The notes under the pieces were generated by a model. That model was not told the DNA's origin, made no database searches, and saw only the letters and a program-made list of their open reading frames with translations. From contig OZ245359.1 of NCBI GenBank assembly GCA_965226385.1, positions 905,116 through 969,115 on the forward strand: DNA of 64,000 bases, written 5' to 3'. A program made the translations under genes and the position numbers. The stretch comes from Bryobacterales bacterium. Lineage in GTDB: Bacteria > Acidobacteriota > Terriglobia > Bryobacterales > UBA6623. Below, in pieces: positions 37,697 to 47,692 of this stretch; position 1 is the first letter of the stretch; every line of letters starts with the position of its first letter.

Positions 37697-38611
37697 CCTA
37701 GGTATGCACTTAGCTCTAGCTCGAAGGGTCGCTCCGATTGATAAGTTCGTCATACGTAACAGGTTCGTGTGAGATCAATTGCTCGGCCAAACGGTAGAAG
37801 ATTTTCCCCACATGCCGCGATTTGCGCCAGTTGAACCGAAACGTGAACTCGTCGAGATAACCTTGCAGGTGTTTCGATCCGACGCTTCCGTGATGGGTCC
37901 CCAGTAACCAGCGTTTCAACAGCGAGATGACCAAGTGGACGTGGGGGAATTCCGCTTCCGTCAAGGCCGGATCCGCGTGCGTCAGACTGACCCGATGCAC
38001 GTAGCCAGCCCGCTGCAAGCCGGCATAGCCCTTCCACCCGTCTGTATGCACCGTGCTGCCCGGCTCCACGCAGTCGCGGACAAACTCGCCCAAACTGCTC
38101 GCCGAGGCATCTGCGATGTGGCGCAAGCGAATCCATCCCATCGCGTCACCGTCCAGTTCCACGGCCACCACCACCAGGCTCTTGCGGGCCAGCTGGCGTC
38201 CGCGGACACCAGCCTCTGCCCCGCCTAGGTACGTCTCGTCGATTTCCACTTCTCCCTGCAGGCGTTCTCGGTCGAGCCGGACCATCGCGGCTCGCAACTT
38301 CTGCAGCAGCAGCCAAGCGGTCCGATAGCTGCCGAGGCCCAGGGACCGCTGCAACCCGGCTGCACTCAGGCCGGTCTTCTGGGTGCAGGCCAGCCACGCC
38401 CGCGTGCCTGCGCATTGCGGGCAGACGAAACCCTGCGACCACCGCAAATCGGTCAAGTACTCGCAACAATCCTGCTCAGTGGCGAATCGCGCCGAGAACT
38501 CCAGCAGATTCTTCGGGAAACTAGCTGAGGCTTTCCGGAGGATTGCTCCGATCACACGGCTCTCAATCCGAGGCACAAATCGAGTTTACTAGAGCTAAGT
38601 GCATACCTAAG
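37697..38611 (-). mobile_element. IS1595-family insertion sequence (915 bp) upstream of surE
   Basis: 23-bp IRs, CCTAGGTATGCACTTAGCTCTAG versus the reverse complement of 38589-38611, with 1 mismatch. 9-bp direct repeats. GC-rich against AT-richer flanks. Confidence 0.85.
37716..38576 (-). CDS. IS1595-family transposase, probably carrying an internal deletion after the Zn-finger
   Basis: WSQGFVCPQCAGTRAW is followed directly by LACTQKTGLSAAGLQRSLGLGSYRTAW, so about 40 residues expected between them seem absent. The DDE part EIDETYLGG...STVHTDGWKGY...HLQGYLDEFTFRFN is present. Confidence 0.7.
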   Translation of the reverse strand: MPRIESRVIGAILRKASASFPKNLLEFSARFATEQDCCEYLTDLRWSQGFVCPQCAGTRAWLACTQKTGLSAAGLQRSLGLGSYRTAWLLLQKLRAAMVRLDRERLQGEVEIDETYLGGAEAGVRGRQLARKSLVVVAVELDGDAMGWIRLRHIADASASSLGEFVRDCVEPGSTVHTDGWKGYAGLQRAGYVHRVSLTHADPALTEAEFPHVHLVISLLKRWLLGTHHGSVGSKHLQGYLDEFTFRFNWRKSRHVGKIFYRLAEQLISHEPVTYDELINRSDPSS

Positions 38612-38620
38612 TAGAACAAA
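38612..38620. repeat. Right 9-bp direct repeat TAGAACAAA
   Basis: Matches 37688-37696. Confidence 0.7.
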
Positions 38621-38652
38621 ATCAACCGGGAAGACCTCAGATTTTGGTGATA

Positions 38653-39335
38653 TCAAGGAGTACTGCTTGTCATTTGACAGAATAATTCGGCAGCAGGTAT
38701 AAAATCAGGGTCTTTCTGGAGGGCTCCAAGCAGCACTTTGCGGGCTTCCTGAGTATTCCTGGTCTGCAGGTAGTACTGAGCAAGGTTAACGGAGTGGTTC
38801 AGGTTCTAAGGTGCAAGGAGTACTGCACGTCTGAATTCCCAAAGAGCCTGTCGGGATTTACCTGTCTGCATGTACAGGATTCCCAGGCTTGTCCGAAGTT
38901 CTGCCGTGTCGAAACCCAATTCAGAAGAAACTTCGAAGCTCGACAATGCTTTTTGAAGCTCGCTCTTGCGGCGAGTACGGATCCAAGGTTGAAGTGATGT
39001 TCACTCACTGCTGGTGAGAGACTGACTGAAGTTTGAAACTCAGATTCTGCAGCTTCAAGATTCCCTTCAGCAAAGAATGCGGAACCCAACTGGCTGTGAG
39101 CCATGGAATCATCCAGTACAAGTTCCAAGGCTTGACGCAATATATCCTTTGCTGCCTGGATCTCATTTTTGTGAAACAGCAAAGTGCCGAGGTTCACCAG
39201 CGCGTCCGGCTGGTGGGGTCGAACTAACAGGGATTGCCTCAGCAATCTTTCGGCACGATCAAGTTCACCGTCGTTGAGAAGGACAGCAGCCAGGAGGTTC
39301 TGTACCTCTGGATCAGCATTCCCTGCTGCCATCAT
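38653..39335 (-). pseudogene. TPR-repeat protein with one homopolymer frameshift and one in-frame TAG (or a consensus error)
   Basis: TPR periodicity holds through 39335-38955. It continues as QKALSSFEVSSELGFDTAELRTSLGILYMQTGKSRQALWEFRRAVLLAP*NLNHSVNLAQYYLQTRNTQEARKVLLGALQKDP after a -1 shift at the T5 run 38950-38954. In-frame TAG at 38806-38808. Confidence 0.55.
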
Positions 39336-39374
39336 ATGATCCAGGTACTGTCTTGTATGGTGCGTAAGTCCACG

Positions 39375-40188
39375 CTAGGCTAATGTTGCTGCGAGTCCAA
39401 CCAGATCACGGCCGGGAACTCCGGCATACCAATGCCCGTAGTCAAACGGCAAGGGGCTGCCTTGTCCATTCAATGTATCCTCAATAACACGTTCGACTGG
39501 CGTGTATCCCCGATACATCTTGCGGATGGCCCCGGTCTCATCAACAAGGAAAGAAGTCGGAATCTGCAAGTCCTGATCCTTGCGACGGTTTACAAAATGC
39601 CGTTTTAACACTGAAAAACCCGAATAATGTCACTGTCTGCAAAAGCCCTAGAAACGGTAATCCGTATTCCTGGACAAAACTCCTGACTTGGCTGTGATCT
39701 TGTGGCCCATCCACGGAAATCGCAATCAGGTCAATCCCTGCTTGCTGAAACTCCCTCCAACTCTCCACATATTCACTGAGTTCCTTGTGGCAAGGCTGAC
39801 ACCATGTTGCCCAGAAATTGATGACTGTGCGTTTCTTGATCAATCTTGAATCAATGAAGCCGCCTGCCAGGTTTTCAATATGGAAGGAAGGCAACGGCAT
39901 TGAGTCCAGGAGCCAGTTTTCGTGTTCTTCAGGTCTCCCTTGCACCTTTGCCGTTGTGGCAGAAGGGAAACCTTTCGGTTGCAGGAATCCTGTTACTCCC
40001 CTGCCCTCGGTCAGAATCAGTACATCCCCGTTCGGTAGATCATCAAATCTCTCCTCATCACCACAATGAATATTGTCCTTATCCTGAACTACTCCTGCAC
40101 AAGAATTAATCCACACCAAGGCATTCCAACACAAGGCAAGGGCAAATACCTGGGGAATAGAAACCGTCCAACAGTCTGATGTTGACAA
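39375..40188 (-). pseudogene. TlpA/redoxin-like thiol-disulfide oxidoreductase split over three frames
   Basis: Lipoprotein-like N-terminus. FWATWCQPC active site. The sequence reads ...YGLPFLGL / FADSDIIRVF / SVLKRHFVNRRKDQDLQIPTSFLVDETG in three frames. The shifts fall at A4 (39641-39644) and A5 (39614-39618) runs. Confidence 0.6.
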
Positions 40189-40402
40189 TGTTGCTATCCA
40201 GGTCTTCGGAGATCTGCTCTCTGGTATTTGAACCTTGGAGTTTCAGGTTCACCAGCATTTCAAGATGATCCCTGAAATCAATCATTTCATGTTCATAATG
40301 TATTGGAACGTTTAGGCCAACGCTGCGTGCCGGTATTATCAGTCGATTGACGGAAGGTGGCAGAACTGACCAATTGTCTGGCGACAACCATTGAATGTCC
40401 AA
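40106..40402 (-). CDS. Hypothetical 98-aa ORF, doubtful
   Basis: Open frame between the dehydratase stop and the redoxin start, overlapping the latter by about 80 nt. No recognisable motif. Confidence 0.2.
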   Translation of the reverse strand: MDIQWLSPDNWSVLPPSVNRLIIPARSVGLNVPIHYEHEMIDFRDHLEMLVNLKLQGSNTREQISEDLDSNIVNIRLLDGFYSPGICPCLVLECLGVD

Positions 40403-40411
40403 CTCATTCGT

Positions 40412-42367
40412 TCAAGTTCGGGTGCCTCGATCAATCGCTTCGACAATCGCATCCACATCGTAGACGCAGCCAGTCCAGGTACCGCCACTGCAGGCTTGCA
40501 TTGCTGCCCATAGACGAGTTTCCGCAGGCAGACTGGGGTGGGGTGAAAGGTCAGTTCGCAGACTACGTCCAGCTAGTACTTGTTCCCCTTCACCTACCTC
40601 AAACATCTGATCGTTGTGCCCAACCAGATCAATTCGTCCAGTCAGGTTCTTGCAGTCGATTTCCAGGTTCAGAATATCTCCTTCAATCAACTTGCCAACT
40701 GGTCCTCCTGCCAATGCTTCAGGACCAATGTGTCCAATACACGCACCTGCCGAAACCCCGGAAAAACGGGCATCAGTAATGACTGCAACTTGCTTGCCGT
40801 GGCGAAGATGCCTGAGTGTCGAGGTGATCTGGTAAATCTCTTCCATGCCTGAACCAAGGGGACCACAGCAGATCAAGACCATGATGTCTCCGGATTGTAT
40901 CGATCCATTCTTGATCGCTTCAATGGCAGCCGTCTCCCGAATAAATATCCTGGCTGGACCAGTCTTTCTATAAACACCGTCTCTATCAATCACCGTGGGA
41001 TCAATAGACGTACTCTTCACCACTGAACCTTCAGGAGCAAGGTTCCCGCGACAAAATGTCATCGTACTGGTCAGACCGCGTCTGGTTGCAGATTCCGGAG
41101 TGTAAATGACTTCCTCCGGGTTAACGCCATCCAGCTCCTGCAGAAGGCTACGGAATCGAGTGCGCCGTTCACTGGACTCCCACTCCTCTAGAGACTGTTC
41201 AAGTGTGATGCCTGTCGCAGTGAGCACTGAAAGATCCAGCAGATTCTGTGATCTCAATTGCAACATTACCTCCGGCACTCCTCCAGCCAGGAAAACCCGT
41301 ACCGTAGGATGCCCAGCCGGTCCATTTGGCAACACGTCAACGAGACGCACAACCTGCCTGTTTACTTGCTCCCAGTCTTCGACGCTCGGTAGCTTGAGTC
41401 CTGCACTGTGAGCAACAGCAGGAAGGTGCAGCAACAGATTAGTCGAACCACCAAAAGCAGCATGGATAACCATGGCATTGCGTATTGCTTTATCCGTGAG
41501 TATGTCCTTGATCGTGATACCTGCAGCTTTCTGCGCCATAACTGCTGAAGCAGCCCTGCGTGCAGACTGCTTCCAGACTGGTTGACCGGAAGGTGCAAGT
41601 GCTGTATGAGTAAGTGCCAGACCAAGCGCCTCTGCAATAACCTGTGCTGTTGCCGCGGTTCCCAGGAACTGGCAGCCCCCTCCTGGACTGCCACATGCCC
41701 TACAACCGTATTCCTGTGCTTTTTCGAGACTGAGTTCTCCTTGAGCAAATCGTGCCCCGATGGTTTGCACTTTCCCAGCATCTTCAGCCCCGCGCGCCGG
41801 GAGTGCTACACCACCCGGTACAAGCACACACGGCAGACCCTGCATGGAGGCCAGGGCCATCATCATGGCTGGCAATCCCTTGTCACAGGTAGCAACCCCG
41901 ATCACTCCACTGCGCGTCGGTAATGAGCGAATCAACCTGCCAAGTACCTGTGCAGCATCATTACGGTAGGGCAGTGAGTCCATCATCCCGGTCGTACCCT
42001 GAGTTCGACCATCACACGGGTCACTGCAATATCCAGCAAAAGGTATGGCTCCGTGATCCCTGAGTTTCAAAGCCGCTTCACGCATCAACAGTCCGACTTC
42101 GAAATGTCCAGTGTGATAACCGAGAGCTATGGGTGAACCATCTTCTGCCCGCAATCCCCCTTGGGTACTGAGAATGAGATATTCATCACTCCCCAGCTGT
42201 GCAGGATCCCAGCCCATGCCGGCATTTTGGGTCCAGCCAAACAGATCTCCACTGGGGCGCGTACGCAGCATTTCAGGTGTCAGGGGCAGCAGACCGGATG
42301 GCCCTGAGGCATTGGATTGAATCTCGTAAATCGAGGAAGATTCCTCATGCAGTGAATCGGACATCAA
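40412..42367 (-). CDS. IlvD/Edd-family dehydratase of the YjhG/YagF (D-xylonate dehydratase) type
   Basis: Collinear with E. coli YjhG as I recall it: [93 protein letters not shown] and [20 protein letters not shown]. Confidence 0.85.
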   Translation of the reverse strand: MMSDSLHEESSSIYEIQSNASGPSGLLPLTPEMLRTRPSGDLFGWTQNAGMGWDPAQLGSDEYLILSTQGGLRAEDGSPIALGYHTGHFEVGLLMREAALKLRDHGAIPFAGYCSDPCDGRTQGTTGMMDSLPYRNDAAQVLGRLIRSLPTRSGVIGVATCDKGLPAMMMALASMQGLPCVLVPGGVALPARGAEDAGKVQTIGARFAQGELSLEKAQEYGCRACGSPGGGCQFLGTAATAQVIAEALGLALTHTALAPSGQPVWKQSARRAASAVMAQKAAGITIKDILTDKAIRNAMVIHAAFGGSTNLLLHLPAVAHSAGLKLPSVEDWEQVNRQVVRLVDVLPNGPAGHPTVRVFLAGGVPEVMLQLRSQNLLDLSVLTATGITLEQSLEEWESSERRTRFRSLLQELDGVNPEEVIYTPESATRRGLTSTMTFCRGNLAPEGSVVKSTSIDPTVIDRDGVYRKTGPARIFIRETAAIEAIKNGSIQSGDIMVLICCGPLGSGMEEIYQITSTLRHLRHGKQVAVITDARFSGVSAGACIGHIGPEALAGGPVGKLIEGDILNLEIDCKNLTGRIDLVGHNDQMFEVGEGEQVLAGRSLRTDLSPHPSLPAETRLWAAMQACSGGTWTGCVYDVDAIVEAIDRGTRT

Positions 42368-42469
42368 GGATTAGTTTGCCGTACTGGCATCTTCTTTGGC
42401 AAAACATCCCTTTTACGGATTTAATTTACAGGCTGATGCAAGCTTTTCCCACACCGGGCACAAGCTGGT

Positions 42470-43900
42470 GTGACAACAATAAAATCCATGCAGTACGTTC
42501 GACTTGCAATTGGCCTGCTCCTCACATTTTCAGTTTGGGGTGCCCCGCCTAACATCGTCTTGATCATGGTAGACGACCTTGGTCCGGAATGGATTTCAAG
42601 TTATGGCGGTGAAGACATCGAAACACCAAATATCGACAAGCTTGCAGAAGGGGGAATTTTGTTCAGAAATGCCTACTCAATGCCGCAATGCACACCTACA
42701 CGAGCCACACTACTGACCGGCCAATACCCCTTCCGCCACGGCTGGACAAATCACTGGGACGTCCCACGCTGGGGTGCCGGATGCCACTTCGATCCCAAGT
42801 ACAACATTTCATTCGCGCGTCAGCTCAGGAAAGTCGGTTACAAGACGGCAATAGCAGGCAAGTGGCAAATCAATGATTTCAGGGTGCAACCCAGGATTCT
42901 TTACGAACATGGCTTTGATGAATGGTCGGTCTGGACTGGAGGAGAAGGCGGGAACCCAATTAGCGATGAACGCTACTGGGATCCATATATCTATACCAAC
43001 ACTACTTCAAGCCGCACCTATGAAAGCAAGTTTGGGCCTGACTTGTACAACGACTTCCTGGTCGACTTCATTCACAGGAACAGGAACAGTCCCATGTTGC
43101 TTTATTACCCGATGGCACTGACTCATGGCCCCCTGGTTCACACTCCTCATGAACCATATGCCGAGACAAGACTGGAAAAACACAAGGGCATGGTTCGCTA
43201 CACCGACTACCTTGTCGGCAGGCTTGTCAAGGCGTTCGACGATGCAGGTGTTCGTAAAAACACGATCATTGTCTTTACGACAGACAATGGCACTTCCCGT
43301 GGCATTCAAGGCCGAATGAACGGCCGGATGATTGAAGGAGGTAAGGCCAAGTTGACAGAAAACGGCCCCCGTCAACCCTTTATCGTGAATGGTCCGGGTC
43401 TGGTTCCTGCTGGGGTTCAGACAGATGAACTGACTGATTTTTCGGACCTTCTGCCTACCTTCTGCGAACTGTCTGGTGCTCCTCTTCCTGATGGAGTCAC
43501 GCTGGACGGCAAATCTCTGGCCAAGGTGATCCTCGGTAAAACCAGAGCTGGACCCAGGGACTGGATCCTGGCCATGGGCTTTGGACCGGCACTACTTGAT
43601 GAGCAAGGTGTCCGAGGCGTAGACAACTACTCACCCCGAGTAATCCGGGATAAGCGATACAAGATTCACATTCATGATGGCAAGGTACTGAGATTCCATG
43701 ACCTGAAACAGGATCCGGGTGAGACTACAAATCTTTTGAAAAGCAACCAGCCAGCACATCAGGAAGCAATGAAGAAGTTGAAGGCGATTGCAAGCAAACT
43801 GCCAGTGAAGGATGCCAGACCCAAATATGACACCCTGCCAGCTCAACCCTGGGACGTAACGATCGAAGAGATGAGGCAGAAACGGTCTCCTGCCCAGTAG
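42470..43900 (+). CDS. Sulfatase, exported
   Basis: Signal peptide, then PNIVLIMVDDLG. FGly motif CTPTRATLLTGQ. GKWQ. TTDNGT. Confidence 0.85.
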   Translation: MTTIKSMQYVRLAIGLLLTFSVWGAPPNIVLIMVDDLGPEWISSYGGEDIETPNIDKLAEGGILFRNAYSMPQCTPTRATLLTGQYPFRHGWTNHWDVPRWGAGCHFDPKYNISFARQLRKVGYKTAIAGKWQINDFRVQPRILYEHGFDEWSVWTGGEGGNPISDERYWDPYIYTNTTSSRTYESKFGPDLYNDFLVDFIHRNRNSPMLLYYPMALTHGPLVHTPHEPYAETRLEKHKGMVRYTDYLVGRLVKAFDDAGVRKNTIIVFTTDNGTSRGIQGRMNGRMIEGGKAKLTENGPRQPFIVNGPGLVPAGVQTDELTDFSDLLPTFCELSGAPLPDGVTLDGKSLAKVILGKTRAGPRDWILAMGFGPALLDEQGVRGVDNYSPRVIRDKRYKIHIHDGKVLRFHDLKQDPGETTNLLKSNQPAHQEAMKKLKAIASKLPVKDARPKYDTLPAQPWDVTIEEMRQKRSPAQ

Positions 43901-43952
43901 GCCTGCCGAATGCTTTCTCACCTGAACGCGAAATACAATAGATCAGAGACTC

Positions 43953-44360
43953 ATGCCCACCCGCGTAATGGCATTGGATTGGGGAATGCAACACATCGGC
44001 ATTGCAGTTTGCGACGAGCTGGGCATTTCGACAAGAGGGCTCCCGACCCTGAAGCGAAAAAATATTCTCCACGACCTGGAACACCTGACCAAGTTGATCA
44101 GGGACATTGAAATCAAGCGAATTGTCGTGGGCAAGCCACTGAACATGGATGGCACACAAAGCCGCTCATCCAATCTTGCTGGCCAGTTCGCAAGGCGTCT
44201 CGCCAAGCATGCAGCGGTTGAAGTAGAGATGTGGGATGAACGGTTAACCAGTTGGGAAGCCGAATCAATAATTGGAATACAATCTACTACATTCGGGGCT
44301 ACTGACCAAATGGCAGCAGTCCTTCTACTGGAAAGCTACCTTGCTGCAAATAGCACATAG
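43953..44360 (+). CDS. ruvX: Holliday-junction resolvase-like RuvX (YqgF)
   Basis: VMALDWGMQHIGIAVCDELG, IVVGKPLNMDGT and WDERLTSWEAE. Confidence 0.85.
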   Translation: MPTRVMALDWGMQHIGIAVCDELGISTRGLPTLKRKNILHDLEHLTKLIRDIEIKRIVVGKPLNMDGTQSRSSNLAGQFARRLAKHAAVEVEMWDERLTSWEAESIIGIQSTTFGATDQMAAVLLLESYLAANST

Positions 44361-45330
44361 CCTGATTGGGTTCGTCATTCTCTTCCTGCTTACGGGCTGT
44401 GGTGTGTCAACTGAGCCTTTTCAAGAACCTGTCGTCCTTGAAATCACCCCCGGTGCAAGTTCAATACAGATTGCAGAGCAACTCACTTCCCACGGAGTGA
44501 TTTCCTCCAAATGGCCGTTCCTGATCCTGCGAGTACTCAACAACAAAACAAACCTGCAGGCAGGAGAGTATGTATTCGAACAGCAGACTTCAGCAAGTCA
44601 AGCATTTAAAGTTATTTCTGAAGGCCACGTCTTACTACACCCAATCACCATCCGGGAAGGATTGAATCGCTTTGACTTTGCAGAAACACTTGCTACAAAC
44701 GGACTGGCAAACAGGGATAAGGTTCTTGACTTGATCTCAGACCCAACCCTGGGTAGGGACATCATTCCCCAAGCAACATCCCTTGAGGGCTTTCTTTTTC
44801 CGGAAACATACCTTTTAGCCAAGTACTCTACAGCAGAAGACTTGATTCAATCCATGCTTAACCGCTTCCGGCTTGTCCTGCAAGAAGCTACTGAGCAAAG
44901 GACAGTAGAGATAGATCCCTGGGAAGCGCTGATCCTGGCTTCAATGATTGAGAAAGAAGCTGTGGACGAGGAAGAAGCGAAGCTTGTTGCCGCGGTGTTT
45001 CATAACCGCATCAATAAAAAAATACGCATGCAGTGCGATCCGACAATCATTTACGGACTGTTACTTGAAAACCGTTTCCGGGGAAAGATTTACCTTTCCG
45101 ATTTGAAAGATCCCCATCCTTACAACACTTATATCCATTCGGGTTTGCCCCCAGGGCCCATCACTAATCCCGGCAAGGCTTCCCTGTTCGCTGCATTTGC
45201 CCCTGCTGAAACGGATTATCTGTTCTTTGTCGCTAAACCGGCCCCTGAGAGGGGGCACCAGTTCTCAAAGTCCAATCGAGAACACAATCGAGGTGTACAA
45301 AAACTGCGGCAATCCAAACGCTCCAAGTAA
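44272..45330 (+). CDS. mltG: Endolytic murein transglycosylase MltG (YceG family); start uncertain
   Basis: Single N-terminal TM LIGFVILFLLTG. EGFLFPETY, ILASMIEKEA, RMQCDPTIIYG and YNTYIHSGLPPGPITNPG. The true start is probably a non-ATG codon near 44340-44370, overlapping the ruvX end. Confidence 0.8.
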   Translation: MEYNLLHSGLLTKWQQSFYWKATLLQIAHSLIGFVILFLLTGCGVSTEPFQEPVVLEITPGASSIQIAEQLTSHGVISSKWPFLILRVLNNKTNLQAGEYVFEQQTSASQAFKVISEGHVLLHPITIREGLNRFDFAETLATNGLANRDKVLDLISDPTLGRDIIPQATSLEGFLFPETYLLAKYSTAEDLIQSMLNRFRLVLQEATEQRTVEIDPWEALILASMIEKEAVDEEEAKLVAAVFHNRINKKIRMQCDPTIIYGLLLENRFRGKIYLSDLKDPHPYNTYIHSGLPPGPITNPGKASLFAAFAPAETDYLFFVAKPAPERGHQFSKSNREHNRGVQKLRQSKRSK

Positions 45331-45345
45331 CTCTGCTCTGGCAAC

Positions 45346-45849
45346 ATGACTGCTGTTGTAAAACCAACGATCCGAGGCTGTGTACTGGAGTTTCTCAAGC
45401 AGAACCAGATTGAGTGTGTGGACCGGGAGACTTTTCAGCGGATTCAAAACTACGTATTCCATCGCATGGACGGCAAAAGGAGGCTGTCAAAGCAATACCT
45501 GCTGGATATCCTGCTCAGCACCAAACTCGAAGTGGATCGAAGAGTGGGAGGGTTTCCAGTTAATTTACGGAACAAGGTCAAGACGGGGAGTTTGACGGAG
45601 ACCAGGAAGTCATTGATTGCCATGTCCAACGAGTACAAGCAAGCGACTGATCAATTGCACGCCAAAGATATCCACAGAGCAGTTATATACTCCAAGGAAC
45701 ACATCCGGCTTTCGCTAGGGAGCAAGATCAGCGAAGAAAAACGCACAGAGAAACAGGAAATTCTGGACTGGCTTCTCGTATGGCTTGAGAATCCACGAAT
45801 TTTTGAAAACTGGATATCTGTCAAGGATGGATTGGTTTGCGAGCGCTAA
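45346..45849 (+). CDS. Hypothetical cytoplasmic protein (167 aa)
   Basis: Backbone-like composition and a clean ORF. No motif recognised. Confidence 0.5.
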   Translation: MTAVVKPTIRGCVLEFLKQNQIECVDRETFQRIQNYVFHRMDGKRRLSKQYLLDILLSTKLEVDRRVGGFPVNLRNKVKTGSLTETRKSLIAMSNEYKQATDQLHAKDIHRAVIYSKEHIRLSLGSKISEEKRTEKQEILDWLLVWLENPRIFENWISVKDGLVCER

Positions 45850-45892
45850 TTCCAATTCAATGGAAAGCTGGATTGCTGTTAACCTGCATTTC

Positions 45893-46120
45893 TCATACCA
45901 GTTGAACGTGCGTGGTTTGAGACCAGATGCCGCCGAGAGGCTGCTTGCTGAGTCTGCAGTACACACGATTGGCATCCGATACGGAACTTCGCCGCACACC
46001 GAGAATCTCGAAGAACACGGTGTAGAAGCTCTGCGTTTCACCCTTCTCGTAGGCTGCGCCCTACCATTCGTCGGAGAATGCGGCAACACGGGCACGAACT
46101 TCGTTCCACGATAGGCGCAT
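45893..46120 (-). pseudogene. N-terminal relic of an MmeI-like (type IIL/IIG) restriction-modification enzyme
   Basis: MRLSWNEVRARVAAFSDEW*GAAYEKGETQSFYTVFFEILGVRR matches the conserved MmeI-family N-terminus (SWNEIR..A..F..EW....E..EAQSFW.DFF.VFGV.RR). In-frame TAG at 46061-46063. Truncated after about 75 codons, where composition changes. Confidence 0.6.
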
Positions 46121-46123
46121 GGC

Positions 46124-47053
46124 CTACAGGCCTTCCAACTCAAAATAATCTTCGTCGATCCGTTTTACCTCATGACAGATCCTGGTGCGTACGCCAACAT
46201 CGTGCGAGACCATCAGGCGCGCCAATTCTTCCCCGTCGATCAGAACAATGCGCTTGGGACTCCGCGCCACATAAACCTTGGCGGCATGAGTGAAAGTGGC
46301 CGTGGTAACGAACACACCCTTGGTCGTGCCTGCCAAATCAATCGCCCCTGCGAAGTTGCGCAAGGCGCCTTCGCCCACGGTGTTGCCAACGGCGCATTTC
46401 TTGGCCTGAAGATAAACCTCGTCAAGGCCAAGCGCATCTTCCCTGATCGTGCCGTCGACCCCGCCGTCGCCCGAACGCCCGGTAACTCGGCCCATATCAG
46501 CATTGCCGCCGCCATAGCCCATGGCGATCAGCAGATCCACAACCACCCGTTCGAGAAATGCGGGCTCCGCCTCACGAACTCTGTCCAGTACCTCCGACTC
46601 CAACACATAGCGCAATTGTTTGGCGGCGCGGTCCAACGCTTCCTCCGGCGTATCCGCCCCATCGTCAGGCGGCACAGGTGCATTCTCGGCCTTTGGCGAC
46701 GACGTATGCTTCTTTGCCTTCCACACAACATAAGCCGGGTAGTTGCTCAGTAAATTCAAGTTGATCTGCGGTGGTGCTTGAGCCAGCAGTCGTTCGCCTT
46801 CAGCAGTCAGTCGGTACATACCACGCCGGACCTTTTCCGCCAAACCCGCTCCCACCATGTGAAACATCGCCCAACTAACCCGGTTCACGAACACTGGCTG
46901 CCGACCGCTGGGAAGCAACTCTCGCAAATCGTCAGCAGTCAAACCCTCGGCGGCGGCAACACGGGTGCGCACCTTGGAGATTGGTGTCTCTACGCCGCCA
47001 GACAGCACTTTGAGAGTCGGCAGCATAAGCGATTGATAGTGAGGGACTGGCAT
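46124..47053 (-). CDS. mrr: Mrr-family restriction endonuclease (modification-dependent type IV)
   Basis: Mrr_N winged helix MPVPHYQSLMLPTLKVL...VFVNRVSWAMFHMVGAGL. Mrr_cat GGVDGTIREDALGLDEVYLQAKK...GVFVTTATFT...IVLIDGEELARLM. Confidence 0.85.
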   Translation of the reverse strand: MPVPHYQSLMLPTLKVLSGGVETPISKVRTRVAAAEGLTADDLRELLPSGRQPVFVNRVSWAMFHMVGAGLAEKVRRGMYRLTAEGERLLAQAPPQINLNLLSNYPAYVVWKAKKHTSSPKAENAPVPPDDGADTPEEALDRAAKQLRYVLESEVLDRVREAEPAFLERVVVDLLIAMGYGGGNADMGRVTGRSGDGGVDGTIREDALGLDEVYLQAKKCAVGNTVGEGALRNFAGAIDLAGTTKGVFVTTATFTHAAKVYVARSPKRIVLIDGEELARLMVSHDVGVRTRICHEVKRIDEDYFELEGL

Positions 47054-47076
47054 AGGATTGTCTTTTGTCGTTCTGT

Positions 47077-47382
47077 CTACGCCGCCATCTGCCGGGGCTT
47101 GACGCGCTCGACGATCTGTCGGCTCACATCGATCTCGGTCCTGCGAAGCTCGTAGGTCTTTTGCAGGTTCAGCCAGACCTGTGACGTCGTCCCGAAGTAG
47201 TGCGCCAGGCGCAACGCCACATTGGCAGTCACGCCCCGCTGACCGTGCAGGCTCGCCGTGATACGGTTCACCGGCACATCCAGCGCCTTAGCTAGTGCGT
47301 TGGCCGAGAGTCTGAGCATCTCGAGTTCCTTGCGCAATATCTCTCCCGGATGCACCGGTCTCATACCATTCCTCGCGTTCAT
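47077..47382 (-). CDS. higA: HigA-family antitoxin (XRE HTH)
   Basis: PVHPGEILRKELEMLRLSANALAKALDVPVNRITASLHGQRGVTANVALRLAHYFGTTSQVWLNLQ. Confidence 0.85.
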   Translation of the reverse strand: MNARNGMRPVHPGEILRKELEMLRLSANALAKALDVPVNRITASLHGQRGVTANVALRLAHYFGTTSQVWLNLQKTYELRRTEIDVSRQIVERVKPRQMAA

Positions 47383-47394
47383 GTCCTCAAGCCA

Positions 47395-47692
47395 TTAGTG
47401 ATAATCAATGATCTCTACATCGTAAGGTCCGTCGTCTTCCCAACGGAAACCTATCCGCCACTGCACATTGATCCTTATGCTGTGTTGGCCTACGCGGTCA
47501 CCCTGTTGTGCTTCCAGTCGGTTGCTAGGTAAACCTGCAAGGTCATTGAGGGACTCCGCACTGTCCAGATAGGTGAGACAGCGTGAGGCTTGATCGGCGA
47601 TCCTTGAAGCTGCTGCATCCACACCTCGAACGCCGCGATGCGATGCCGAAGAAGTGTCGGGTGTTCCGGTCCTTGAAGCTGCTTTGCCATGG
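47395..47692 (-). pseudogene. higB: HigB (RelE-fold) toxin, 5' part out of frame
   Basis: C-terminal two-thirds HRGVRGVDAAASRIADQASRCLTYLDSAESLNDLAGLPSNRLEAQQGDRVGQHSIRINVQWRIGFRWEDDGPYDVEIIDYH. The N-terminal SFKDRNTRHFFGIAS lies in a second frame and the ATG in a third. Confidence 0.65.

Noticed and set aside
47635-47644. A 5-bp tandem duplication (CGATG CGATG on the plus strand) as the cause of the higB frameshift.
   Set aside because: Deleting one copy puts the downstream sequence into the wrong (third) frame rather than the HigB frame. The duplication is therefore not the lesion, and the shift is a 1-nt change nearby.
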